Position numbers and translations under genes: made by a program. The notes under the pieces were generated by a model, which was given only the letters and a program-made list of their open reading frames with translations, was not told where the DNA came from and did not search any database. A DNA stretch of 64,000 nt. It comes from a virus. How positions within the stretch are numbered: position 1 is the first letter of the stretch; every line of letters begins with the position of its first letter. Location: the IMG/VR virus record IMGVR_UViG_3300017917_001940, positions 32,001 through 96,000 of that record; one strand, 5' to 3'. This document shows, piece by piece, positions 10,297-20,387 of this stretch.

Positions 10297-10356
10297 TATA
10301 AATAATTTTTGTAGCGCCTAATGGGCTACAGTAACTTTTAACTTGCTTTTAGGAGG
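10297..10356 (+). promoter_or_regulatory. late-type promoter + hairpin leader (motif copy A)
   Basis: TATAAATA, hairpin TGTAGCGCCTAATGGGCTACA, ACTTGCTTTTAGGAGG. Confidence 0.6.
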
Positions 10357-10415
10357 AGATAAAATGATCAAAACAATCTTATCAAGCTGACCACAGCAAT
10401 TCCTGATTATAAAGT

Positions 10416-10444
10416 TTGACACGTACTTGTGCGTGTGTTATACT
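10416..10444 (+). promoter_or_regulatory. sigma70 promoter of groES-groEL
   Basis: TTGACA-N17-TATACT with extended TG. Confidence 0.7.
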
Positions 10445-10470
10445 ATTCTATTGTTACATAAGGAGAAATT

Positions 10471-12395
<1,925 letters not shown>

Positions 12396-12423
12396 TTGAC
12401 AGGTATTTGATATTCTGTCATAA

Positions 12424-12489
12424 TAAATACATGTGTGGATGCCCAATGGTGGGGTCCACACTGTATAGTCAACTTGCTTAATAAAGGAG
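12424..12489 (+). promoter_or_regulatory. late-type promoter + hairpin leader (motif copy B)
   Basis: TAAATA, GTGTGGATGCCCAATGGTGGGGTCCACAC, ACTTGCTTAATAAAGGAG. Confidence 0.6.
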
Positions 12490-12496
12490 AAAACAA

Positions 12497-12934
12497 ATGA
12501 CTAAAATCACATCTTTTGATCTAACCCCATTCTATCGTAATACCATTGGTGTAGATAGACTCTTTGATCGCATCACACAACAGATCGATCATGCCGCAGG
12601 TAATAACTACCCTCCATATAACATTGTAGAAACAGGCGAGAATCTTTATGAGATTCAAGTGGCTGTTGCTGGCTTCACACAAGGTGAAGTTACAATCAAT
12701 GTTAAAGACGGTGAGTTAATTATCACTGGAGAAAAAACAGAAGCTATTCCAGAAGGACATGTATATCGTCACCAAGGTATTAGTGCTCGTAAGTTTATTC
12801 GTACATTTAGTCTTGCTGATCATGTAGAAGTGCGTGAGGCTGTAAGTAAGGATGGTATCCTAACTGTTAAGTTAGAGCGTATTATTCCTGAGTCAGCCAA
12901 GCCAAAAACTATTGCGATCACATACGCAAATTAA
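12497..12934 (+). CDS. ibpA: small heat shock protein (IbpA/Hsp20 family)
   Basis: IGVDRLF, NYPPYNI, AVAGF, GISARKFIRTF, DGILTV. Confidence 0.92.
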   Translation: MTKITSFDLTPFYRNTIGVDRLFDRITQQIDHAAGNNYPPYNIVETGENLYEIQVAVAGFTQGEVTINVKDGELIITGEKTEAIPEGHVYRHQGISARKFIRTFSLADHVEVREAVSKDGILTVKLERIIPESAKPKTIAITYAN

Positions 12935-12995
12935 TATAATGTAGTAAATACAGTGGAGGGCGTGGTGCTCTCCACTAACTGATAAAGGACTAAGG

Positions 12996-13298
12996 ATGTC
13001 ACAAGCAGAAGTAAAAACAAGAACAAGCCTAGAGATTAAAGAACCTCCTATGTTCAAGGTCATTTATCTCAATGATAACCAAACTACTATGGAATTTGTT
13101 ATTGAGACTTTAGTTGACTTTTTTGATTACAATACAGAAACAGCACTAAAAATTACTGAAGATATTCACCACGAAGGTTCAGCAGTAGTGGCTGTTTTAC
13201 CTTATGAGGTAGCTGAACAAAAAGGCATTGAAGTTACTGTTTGTGCTAGATCCAACAACTATCCTCTTCAAATTAAACTTGAACCTGAGTCTGATTAA
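12996..13298 (+). CDS. clpS: ATP-dependent Clp protease adaptor ClpS
   Basis: PPMFKVIYLNDNQTTMEFV, IHHEGSAVV, YEVAEQK. Confidence 0.92.
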   Translation: MSQAEVKTRTSLEIKEPPMFKVIYLNDNQTTMEFVIETLVDFFDYNTETALKITEDIHHEGSAVVAVLPYEVAEQKGIEVTVCARSNNYPLQIKLEPESD

Positions 13299-14077
13299 AA
13301 ATCTATTTCAATACGTTTAGGATAATATACTGATTGTTTCCAGGGGGTGTCACCTCGCCCCCGACAATTATTAACAAATCTAATTCCATCTATGTAGCGA
13401 TCAACACCTTTATGGTAGTGACCAAAACACCATGCTTTAATTTTATCTTCAGTATCTTCGTTGATAGCTAATCTCATGTGTTTATTGCCTAGAGTGTTAA
13501 ATCTGTAGGTATCGACTAAATCAATGTCATGATTAACTAATGCAGGGTCTGGTACAGTATGAGTTACAATCACAACAGCCTTAACATCTTTATGAGTTTG
13601 AAGTTTTTCTAGGCTGTTAATAAGGTAAGCCGCATCATTAAATGAAATTCCGGTTATTGAATCAGCTGCCGAGTCTATTTTATCTTGATACCATAAGACA
13701 CTTTCTTCGTAACTTATTGATGAGTCAAAATCATAACCCCACCAACCATTTGTAGCAATGATAGCAACACCATTAATAATTACCACATTGTTTTGCAAAT
13801 ATACTACATTGTCGATATTTTTAAGCACATGATTGAGTTCTCGATAACTTCTTCCTAAATCATTTAGATAATATGCATGTTCATCATTACCGTCGATATA
13901 AAAAACACCCCCGGGATAACAACGACCCAAGTGGCCAAGTGTTTCAACTAATACTCCTCGATCTCTTGCGATGTCTCCTGCTACTACACAATACGGACTC
14001 GTGGCTTGTCCAGTCCAGTTGAACTCATTCCAAGTTTCAATATGTAGGTCAGAAATTAAATCAAATGCAAAAGTCAT
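13295..14077 (-). CDS. calcineurin-like metallophosphoesterase
   Basis: SDLH, AGD, GND(E)H, TH, FGHYH motifs. Confidence 0.85.
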   Translation of the reverse strand: MTFAFDLISDLHIETWNEFNWTGQATSPYCVVAGDIARDRGVLVETLGHLGRCYPGGVFYIDGNDEHAYYLNDLGRSYRELNHVLKNIDNVVYLQNNVVIINGVAIIATNGWWGYDFDSSISYEESVLWYQDKIDSAADSITGISFNDAAYLINSLEKLQTHKDVKAVVIVTHTVPDPALVNHDIDLVDTYRFNTLGNKHMRLAINEDTEDKIKAWCFGHYHKGVDRYIDGIRFVNNCRGRGDTPWKQSVYYPKRIEIDF

Positions 14078-14103
14078 GATACATATTTAAAAGGATTAAA
14101 CAT

Positions 14104-14469
14104 ATGAACATAATAATGGGAACCGAGAACGCACAATCATTTGCTGAGAAATATACAGTATTAGAACTTGATATTATTAAGATCATGCCCGAAGGACATT
14201 GTATACCAGCTTATTGTGTAGTTGAAAACATTCCAATACTAGATCTCAATCGAGTTGATAATATGCGCCGATTGCATCGCGGATTGTTGGAAAACTATCG
14301 CCAAAAAAATTGGAACTATTGTATTCAGGCAATTGAGAATCTAACAGGCTTTTGGGGAGGAGAGTTAGACTCGTTCTACGCTGATTTACAGCAACGTATC
14401 AATAAATACTCAGAACAAGATCCAGGGGAGGATTGGGATGGTACAATTGAAAAACATCCTGTTGGTTAG
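14104..14469 (+). CDS. stand-alone paralog of the cyclase C-terminal helical region
   Basis: YTVLELD..LH..L..YRQ....C...L.G...G.LD.FY..DWDG matches the C-terminus of 20388-22439. Confidence 0.7.
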   Translation: MNIIMGTENAQSFAEKYTVLELDIIKIMPEGHCIPAYCVVENIPILDLNRVDNMRRLHRGLLENYRQKNWNYCIQAIENLTGFWGGELDSFYADLQQRINKYSEQDPGEDWDGTIEKHPVG

Positions 14470-14836
14470 TGCCTTAGCATTTCTAACAGCATGTGCCGCT
14501 AAATTTGATCCGTTGGAATACGGACGTGTAGTTGACATTAGACATACTGTCAGCGTAGCACAACAAGAAAACACCTGTGCCAAACCAGCTCAAGCACGTA
14601 CAGTAGCCGATAGCATTTATAGTGATGTTCGTTGGTTAATGATGTACGCTCAATATCTTCCTGATAACAGCCCAGGCGAACAAATGGCAGTGGCACTGTT
14701 TAACACAGCGGCAGAATTTAGCAAACGATACGAAGCTCCGGAACCTGTAAGCAAAGTCTACTGTGATCTTAAACTTAAAACACTTGCGGTACAAGTAGAA
14801 ACAATACAAAAATCACATGGCGGGAGACCTAGATGA
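14438..14836 (+). CDS. lipoprotein
   Basis: lipobox FLTAC after hydrophobic stretch. Confidence 0.7.
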   Translation: MVQLKNILLVSALAFLTACAAKFDPLEYGRVVDIRHTVSVAQQENTCAKPAQARTVADSIYSDVRWLMMYAQYLPDNSPGEQMAVALFNTAAEFSKRYEAPEPVSKVYCDLKLKTLAVQVETIQKSHGGRPR

Positions 14837-15075
14837 GCATAGCACAACAAATTAATGAAATTTTAGGTCATATTGACCTATCTAACTTTTTAGCCGAACA
14901 AACAGATGCTATTAACAATGCCTATGCCACACAGCAAATATCTGCTGAAGAACGTGATGCATTATTGACTGATCTTGTTAATACAAATGTAGTATTTCAG
15001 GGTGCTAGTGATCAGGATATTCGAGTTTTTCTAGATCGTGTGCTCACAGTAATTAAATCCGCACCACTTCCGTAA
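14833..15075 (+). CDS. hypothetical protein
   Basis: ATGA overlap. Confidence 0.65.
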   Translation: MSIAQQINEILGHIDLSNFLAEQTDAINNAYATQQISAEERDALLTDLVNTNVVFQGASDQDIRVFLDRVLTVIKSAPLP

Positions 15076-15128
15076 AAACCCAGCACTAAATTTGTTCTAG
15101 ATCCTGTTAAATACTAATAGGAGCTAGA

Positions 15129-15575
15129 ATGAGAAAAATAATAATAACAATTCTCGCTGGTTTTACTGTTAATGTGTGGGCCGACACCTTAGTTCACCAA
15201 TTTCAATCGCCAGCTTTTATACCGGGTAATGGGTATTCCACTCATGTGCTAACCATTGAACAGCTCGAAGCAAACCGTAAAAAAGCTATACAGGATGCTA
15301 AAAAAGCCGAAGCTGATGCTGCCGCAAGAGCCGCCGCAAATACTAATCTACAAAAATTCCTAAACAACTTTGAAAGTCGTGTTTATGCTCAATTGTCCAA
15401 ACAATTAGCAGACGCTATGTTTTCCTCCACCTCCGGAACCACAGGTACTATAGAATTCCAAGGCACTACTATTACTTGGGACAAGGACACGGTTACCAAT
15501 CAGGTCACGCTAACTATTGTTAGTCCTACAGGAACCACTACGGTTACTGTACCAATAGCGAGCTTTGCATTTTAA
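15129..15575 (+). CDS. csgF: curli assembly protein CsgF-like
   Basis: signal peptide then ADTLVHQFQSPAF (CsgF N-terminal motif), adjacent to csgG. Confidence 0.75.
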   Translation: MRKIIITILAGFTVNVWADTLVHQFQSPAFIPGNGYSTHVLTIEQLEANRKKAIQDAKKAEADAAARAAANTNLQKFLNNFESRVYAQLSKQLADAMFSSTSGTTGTIEFQGTTITWDKDTVTNQVTLTIVSPTGTTTVTVPIASFAF

Positions 15576-16354
15576 TGCGAGGCTTAATGACTCTTCTACT
15601 AGCTTTAACCTTAACCGGTTGTGCTGGTCTGCAACTTGATCTTCTCAAAGAAGAACCTGTAGCACTAAAACCCAAAGAAAACTTAATTGCTAAACTGCCC
15701 AAGTTAGATGGTCCACCTATGACCATTGCTGTATACGGATTTATAGATAAAACAGGTCAAAAGAAACCTAGCCAAAACTTAGCGTTGTTTAGTTCAGCAG
15801 TGACACAAGGTGCCGAAGTATTTTTAATTAAAGCACTACAAGATTCACCAGGTTGGTTTAGAGTTGTAGAACGTGTAGGACTAGACAATTTGGTTAAAGA
15901 ACGTCAACTTATTCGAAATCAACGAGAAGTTTACGAAGGTAAGGATGCCAAACCATTAAAGCCATTAACTGTGGCTGGCATTATGATTGAAGGTGGTATT
16001 ATTGGCTATGACAGTAATATCCGTTCAGGTGGTAACGGTGCTCGATTCTTGGGTATCGGAGCCAGCCAACAATATCGAGTCGACGAAGTAGTTATTAGTC
16101 TTAGAATAGTAAGTATTTCGTCAGGTGAGGTATTGTTGACAAACGCTGTGAGCAAAACAATATACAGCACACAGCACGATGTCGCAGTGTTAAAATTCGT
16201 TGATGGTGGCACCAAAGCACTTGAAATGGAAAACGGCTCGGCATTGAATGAACCCACTACCTACGCAGTTCGTGTGGCAATTGAACAAGCGGTATACGAA
16301 TTAATTGTAGAAGGGGAAAAGAAAGGGCTCTGGAGATTTCAGGGCAAACAATAA
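15575..16354 (+). CDS. csgG: curli secretion channel CsgG-like lipoprotein
   Basis: lipobox LTGC, IAVYGF.DKTGQ.KP, SSAVTQGA, WFRVVERVGLDNLVKERQLIR. Confidence 0.9.
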   Translation: MRGLMTLLLALTLTGCAGLQLDLLKEEPVALKPKENLIAKLPKLDGPPMTIAVYGFIDKTGQKKPSQNLALFSSAVTQGAEVFLIKALQDSPGWFRVVERVGLDNLVKERQLIRNQREVYEGKDAKPLKPLTVAGIMIEGGIIGYDSNIRSGGNGARFLGIGASQQYRVDEVVISLRIVSISSGEVLLTNAVSKTIYSTQHDVAVLKFVDGGTKALEMENGSALNEPTTYAVRVAIEQAVYELIVEGEKKGLWRFQGKQ

Positions 16355-16965
16355 TGATAAGAAGTATTTTAATACTCACAATGATGATGTTAGCTGGCGT
16401 TGGAGTCGTTAGTGCCAATGAGGTGTATATTGAACAAATTGGTGATGGTACAAGCATCTCAGTTACTCAAGAAGGATCTAACAACAACATGGGTAGTGCC
16501 AATGCATCGGCATATATCGGTGGTGATGCGAATGATGTAACTGTTAGCCAAGTTGGTTCAAATAATAGTTTGACAATGACCATTGGTGGTAACACTAATA
16601 CTGTTAACGTGAATACTACTGGTAGTAATAATACGCAAGAAATTACCTGCGGTACCAGTGCAAGCCAAACTTGTAGTAGTTCGACTATTACCCAAACAGT
16701 CACTGGTGACTCAAACACTGTGACACAAACTTTAGGTAGTGGTGCAACACGTACAAGTAATATAAACATTACAGGTGATTACAACACTGTAACACATACT
16801 GCTAGTGGTGTTGGCTCTCATAGTGCTGACATTACAGTTAGCGGCAGTGGTACATCGTTGCTTAATAACCATGTTAGCGTAACACAAGAAGGTGCAAATG
16901 CTAAGACAGCAGTGGTTAACGCCACGGGTAATAATATCAATATTGGTATTACTCAGCGCGATTGA
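16354..16965 (+). CDS. curlin-like (CsgA/CsgB-type) repeat protein
   Basis: signal peptide, N/S/T/G/Q-rich repeats (YIEQIG, VTQEGSNN, VSQVGSNN). Confidence 0.75.
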   Translation: MIRSILILTMMMLAGVGVVSANEVYIEQIGDGTSISVTQEGSNNNMGSANASAYIGGDANDVTVSQVGSNNSLTMTIGGNTNTVNVNTTGSNNTQEITCGTSASQTCSSSTITQTVTGDSNTVTQTLGSGATRTSNINITGDYNTVTHTASGVGSHSADITVSGSGTSLLNNHVSVTQEGANAKTAVVNATGNNINIGITQRD

Positions 16966-17995
16966 TAGTTGGGCCGGTGTTGGAAAAGTGACAGAACAAA
17001 CAGGCCCAACTGAAATCGTTAGATCAAAAAAGTCACTGCCGTCGGCGGTGAATACCCCTGTGGAGATGAACGATACCATCATCACTGCCAAGGCTCGGGC
17101 ACAGTTGACCTTTGAGGATAATACCACTGTAAAGATTACTGAACAAAGCAAATTAGTCATAGACGACTTTGTCTATGATCCTAAAAAAGGCACAGGCAAA
17201 GTTGCTATGAAAGTTGTTCTGGGCACAGCTCGCTATTCTTCAGGACAAATAGCCAAGACAAATCCACAAGCAGTGGATGTTAAAACTCCTACTGCTACCG
17301 TGGCTGTTCGCGGCACAGATTTTTCTATGACTGTAGACGAACTAGGGCGCAGTCTTGTTATGTTATTGCCCAGTTGCGATGACAAAGGTTGTGTAACTGG
17401 TGCGATTTTAGTTAAAAATGACGCAGGTGAAGTTTTTATGGATCAGCCATATCAAGCCACACTAGTTGCTACGCTAACCACACCGCCTACAGCTCCTGTA
17501 TTTGTAACCTTAGATCAGGCTAATATTAACAACATGTTAATTGTCAGTCCACCTAAACAGTTTAAAGATGAAGAGCTACAAAAAGAATCAAAGTCAGCAC
17601 TAGATATAAACTTTCTTAATCAAGACTTTTTAAAGTATAGTAAACTTGACGAAGATGAACTTAAAAAGTTTAGAGAATTAGACATGAATTATCTTGACAC
17701 AGATTTTTTGGCCAACATGCTAGATTTAGCCAACGCACAGTTGTCTGCTAGCCAAGAGCAAATGCTCAGTCAAAATACCATGTTGCCTGGCTATAATGCC
17801 GCTACAGGTTTAACGTATGGTATTGATGCAGATGACGACAGTAAACTTGTGCTACGCAGAGGCAACGATCATATTGCTCAAGTTACCGTAAATCGCGAAG
17901 CAAATTTAGTATTAAATATTACACAATCAGGCAACCCATTAACACAGCAGGTTAATCGCGGAGGAACGACGGTAATTACTATTAATCAACGATGA
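16892..17995 (+). CDS. FecR-domain exported protein
   Basis: signal peptide, LTFEDNTTVKITEQSKL, VKTPTATVAVRGTDF. Confidence 0.85.
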   Translation: MQMLRQQWLTPRVIISILVLLSAIDSWAGVGKVTEQTGPTEIVRSKKSLPSAVNTPVEMNDTIITAKARAQLTFEDNTTVKITEQSKLVIDDFVYDPKKGTGKVAMKVVLGTARYSSGQIAKTNPQAVDVKTPTATVAVRGTDFSMTVDELGRSLVMLLPSCDDKGCVTGAILVKNDAGEVFMDQPYQATLVATLTTPPTAPVFVTLDQANINNMLIVSPPKQFKDEELQKESKSALDINFLNQDFLKYSKLDEDELKKFRELDMNYLDTDFLANMLDLANAQLSASQEQMLSQNTMLPGYNAATGLTYGIDADDDSKLVLRRGNDHIAQVTVNREANLVLNITQSGNPLTQQVNRGGTTVITINQR

Positions 17996-18271
17996 GGAGA
18001 TTAGTATGAACGGCAAGACCATGAAACTATTAGTTGAGTATATTGCAGATCAACATAGAAAAGAGCGTGAACGTTATGCTCAAACCTATCGAACAATATA
18101 TCAAAAACCCAGTGATACTAAAGAAGTTAATCAAACTAAGGATAATAAATGAGCTGGTTTAGACACAGGCCGCCAAGGTACCCACCAGAACCACAACAAG
18201 ACCCGGTACCTGACACGTTTTGGCCACCCGAAAACGAATAAATACCTACATAATAACAATAAGGGGCTATC

Positions 18272-18553
18272 ATGGGTGACATTTTTAAACTCATAGGTGA
18301 TCTTGGTTTTCCAATTGCTGTAGCACTAGCAGGCGGATACTTTGTTTATCTAACAATCAAACTATTATTGCAGGGTGTATTAGGCAGTATTCGCGGCATG
18401 GCGGGTATTATTACTGCACTAGATAACCGTGTAAAGACAATGAATCATGATGTTATACGTATTGATACTGTGGTATCAAATGCACTAGGTCTGCGTCCAG
18501 ACGTAGATCGTATTAGTCGAGCTGATGGCAAAAACGACGCACGGAGAGATTAG
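18272..18553 (+). CDS. small membrane protein (GFPI motif, paralog 1)
   Basis: LIGDLGFPIA TM + coiled coil; TAAATA upstream. Confidence 0.75.
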   Translation: MGDIFKLIGDLGFPIAVALAGGYFVYLTIKLLLQGVLGSIRGMAGIITALDNRVKTMNHDVIRIDTVVSNALGLRPDVDRISRADGKNDARRD

Positions 18554-18987
18554 TATGTTAATGTTTACAATTATTGCTGTAATTGCTGTACTTTTGTACA
18601 TCAACGAACGAGAAGAATCTCCTAATCAACACCAAGAAGATTTAAAATTAGCCAAAGAATTTTATCTTAAACAACGCTACTATCGTGGATAACAATAACC
18701 AACGATTAGTTTTGGTAGAAAATAAAGAGGACGACACCCTCGAGTTTAAATATGTAACGGATCAAGAGTATGCTTGGATGCTATTACAAGAGCAAACTAA
18801 ACAGCCGAAGGATTTAACTTAAGGAGACGTAGTATGAAATTTGTAGATTATACTTTTACAAGGACTTTTGATGATAACATCTTATTTGATCCAGAACTAA
18901 CACCCGAGCAGTTAGGAGTTAAGACTGGTGATTGTTTTGAAGTTAAAATAAGAGACAACGTCATTATTTTAGAAAAGAAACAATACA

Positions 18988-19353
18988 ATGAATAAATTAT
19001 TAGCCCTGGTCTTGTTGCTTGTCAGTACCTTGACTTGGGCTGATAATCGTTCCTGGACTCCTGAAGAGCAAGCACGGTTGGCTACAGCTGCCGCGGTTAC
19101 AGTAGCCGACTGGTCAACTACAAGAGATTTATCTCGACGATACAACGAGGGATATCACGAGAATAATCCTATTCTTGTCAAGCACCCAAGTACAGGTCGT
19201 GTGGATTTGTATTTTGTCTCAGCTGGACTGTTAGGCTATGCAATCGCCGACAATTTAGATCAATATAGAAAACCATTTCTACAAACATGGACTGCTGTGG
19301 AAATATATTATACAAACAGAAACCTTAACATAGGTTTAAGAATGAAATTTTAG
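18988..19353 (+). CDS. exported protein
   Basis: signal peptide; C-terminal Phe (GLRMKF). Confidence 0.65.
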   Translation: MNKLLALVLLLVSTLTWADNRSWTPEEQARLATAAAVTVADWSTTRDLSRRYNEGYHENNPILVKHPSTGRVDLYFVSAGLLGYAIADNLDQYRKPFLQTWTAVEIYYTNRNLNIGLRMKF

Positions 19354-19361
19354 GAGTTAAC

Positions 19362-19688
19362 ATGGATGTAGTAGGATTGATAAACAAGTATGGATTTCCA
19401 ATTGTCATGGCAGTTGGAATGGGATATATTATAAAATATGTGTGGGAATGGTCAACTAAAGAAGTTAAGCCAGTTATCTCTGAAGCAAACACAGTGCTTA
19501 TCGCTCTTATTGATCGTATCCGCATGTTGGATAATGATCTCATCCGCTTAAATCAAAAAGTAAACACCGTATTACATCTTCGTGGTAAGACTATTGAATA
19601 TGAGCGTGTGGAAGCTGAGATGGAAATTAATAAAACTGTACACAAAAAATCTGAAGATGATCAAACTGCAAGTGCAGGTGAAGGTTGA
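19362..19688 (+). CDS. small membrane protein (GFPI motif, paralog 2)
   Basis: LINKYGFPIV TM + IRMLDNDLIR similar to 18272. Confidence 0.75.
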   Translation: MDVVGLINKYGFPIVMAVGMGYIIKYVWEWSTKEVKPVISEANTVLIALIDRIRMLDNDLIRLNQKVNTVLHLRGKTIEYERVEAEMEINKTVHKKSEDDQTASAGEG

Positions 19689-19705
19689 TTTAACTAAATA
19701 TTATT

Positions 19706-20221
19706 ATGAGATTAAAAGAGATTACTAACGAAGGAAAAGTCGGCGGATTCCCATCATCATTGCAAAGAATCACCGCACCGTATACAGGTGGAGGTCCTCG
19801 AGTAAATGAACCAGCATTTGTAAAAGCCGGCAAGCAAAAAAAATATCAACGAACTGTTGATTTTAATGATTTAAAAACCGACAAAGAAAAATTTGAATTC
19901 ATATACAACTTAAAAGTTGGTAAAACTACAAATAAAGCGGTGTTCGAAATTCCAGGGACCAACGGAAGTAAAGTTATCAGTTATGATCCACAAACTGGCA
20001 ACATTGAACTTGAAGTTGCTAGAGGAAAGAATGTTGATTTGTACTCTGGTAATGCTAATAATTTTAAATTTTTGGGTAGAGAAAAATCTCCTAGCACTCC
20101 GTTAATAAAGTATAAGTTTAGTCCTGGGGCTCTTGAAGATCTGGGTCCGGCTGTCCGTAAAACAAAAACTCAAGCAAACCCTTTTAGCAAACCATCGACT
20201 CTTACTAAGTTACCTTGGTAA
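19706..20221 (+). CDS. hypothetical late protein
   Basis: TAAATA 5 nt before ATG. Confidence 0.7.
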   Translation: MRLKEITNEGKVGGFPSSLQRITAPYTGGGPRVNEPAFVKAGKQKKYQRTVDFNDLKTDKEKFEFIYNLKVGKTTNKAVFEIPGTNGSKVISYDPQTGNIELEVARGKNVDLYSGNANNFKFLGREKSPSTPLIKYKFSPGALEDLGPAVRKTKTQANPFSKPSTLTKLPW

Positions 20222-20387
20222 ACAAATACCTGAACCAATCCACGGGCCCAAACTGGCTCTAGTAGGTTCAAACAATAAATTCCATTGCGGTTGTGTGCCT
20301 GTTAGTATATTACCTGGCAAGTAATGCCAGAATAAAAAACTACTAATCATACTATCAACAATCCAGTCGCTAATCTTACCGACAGGA

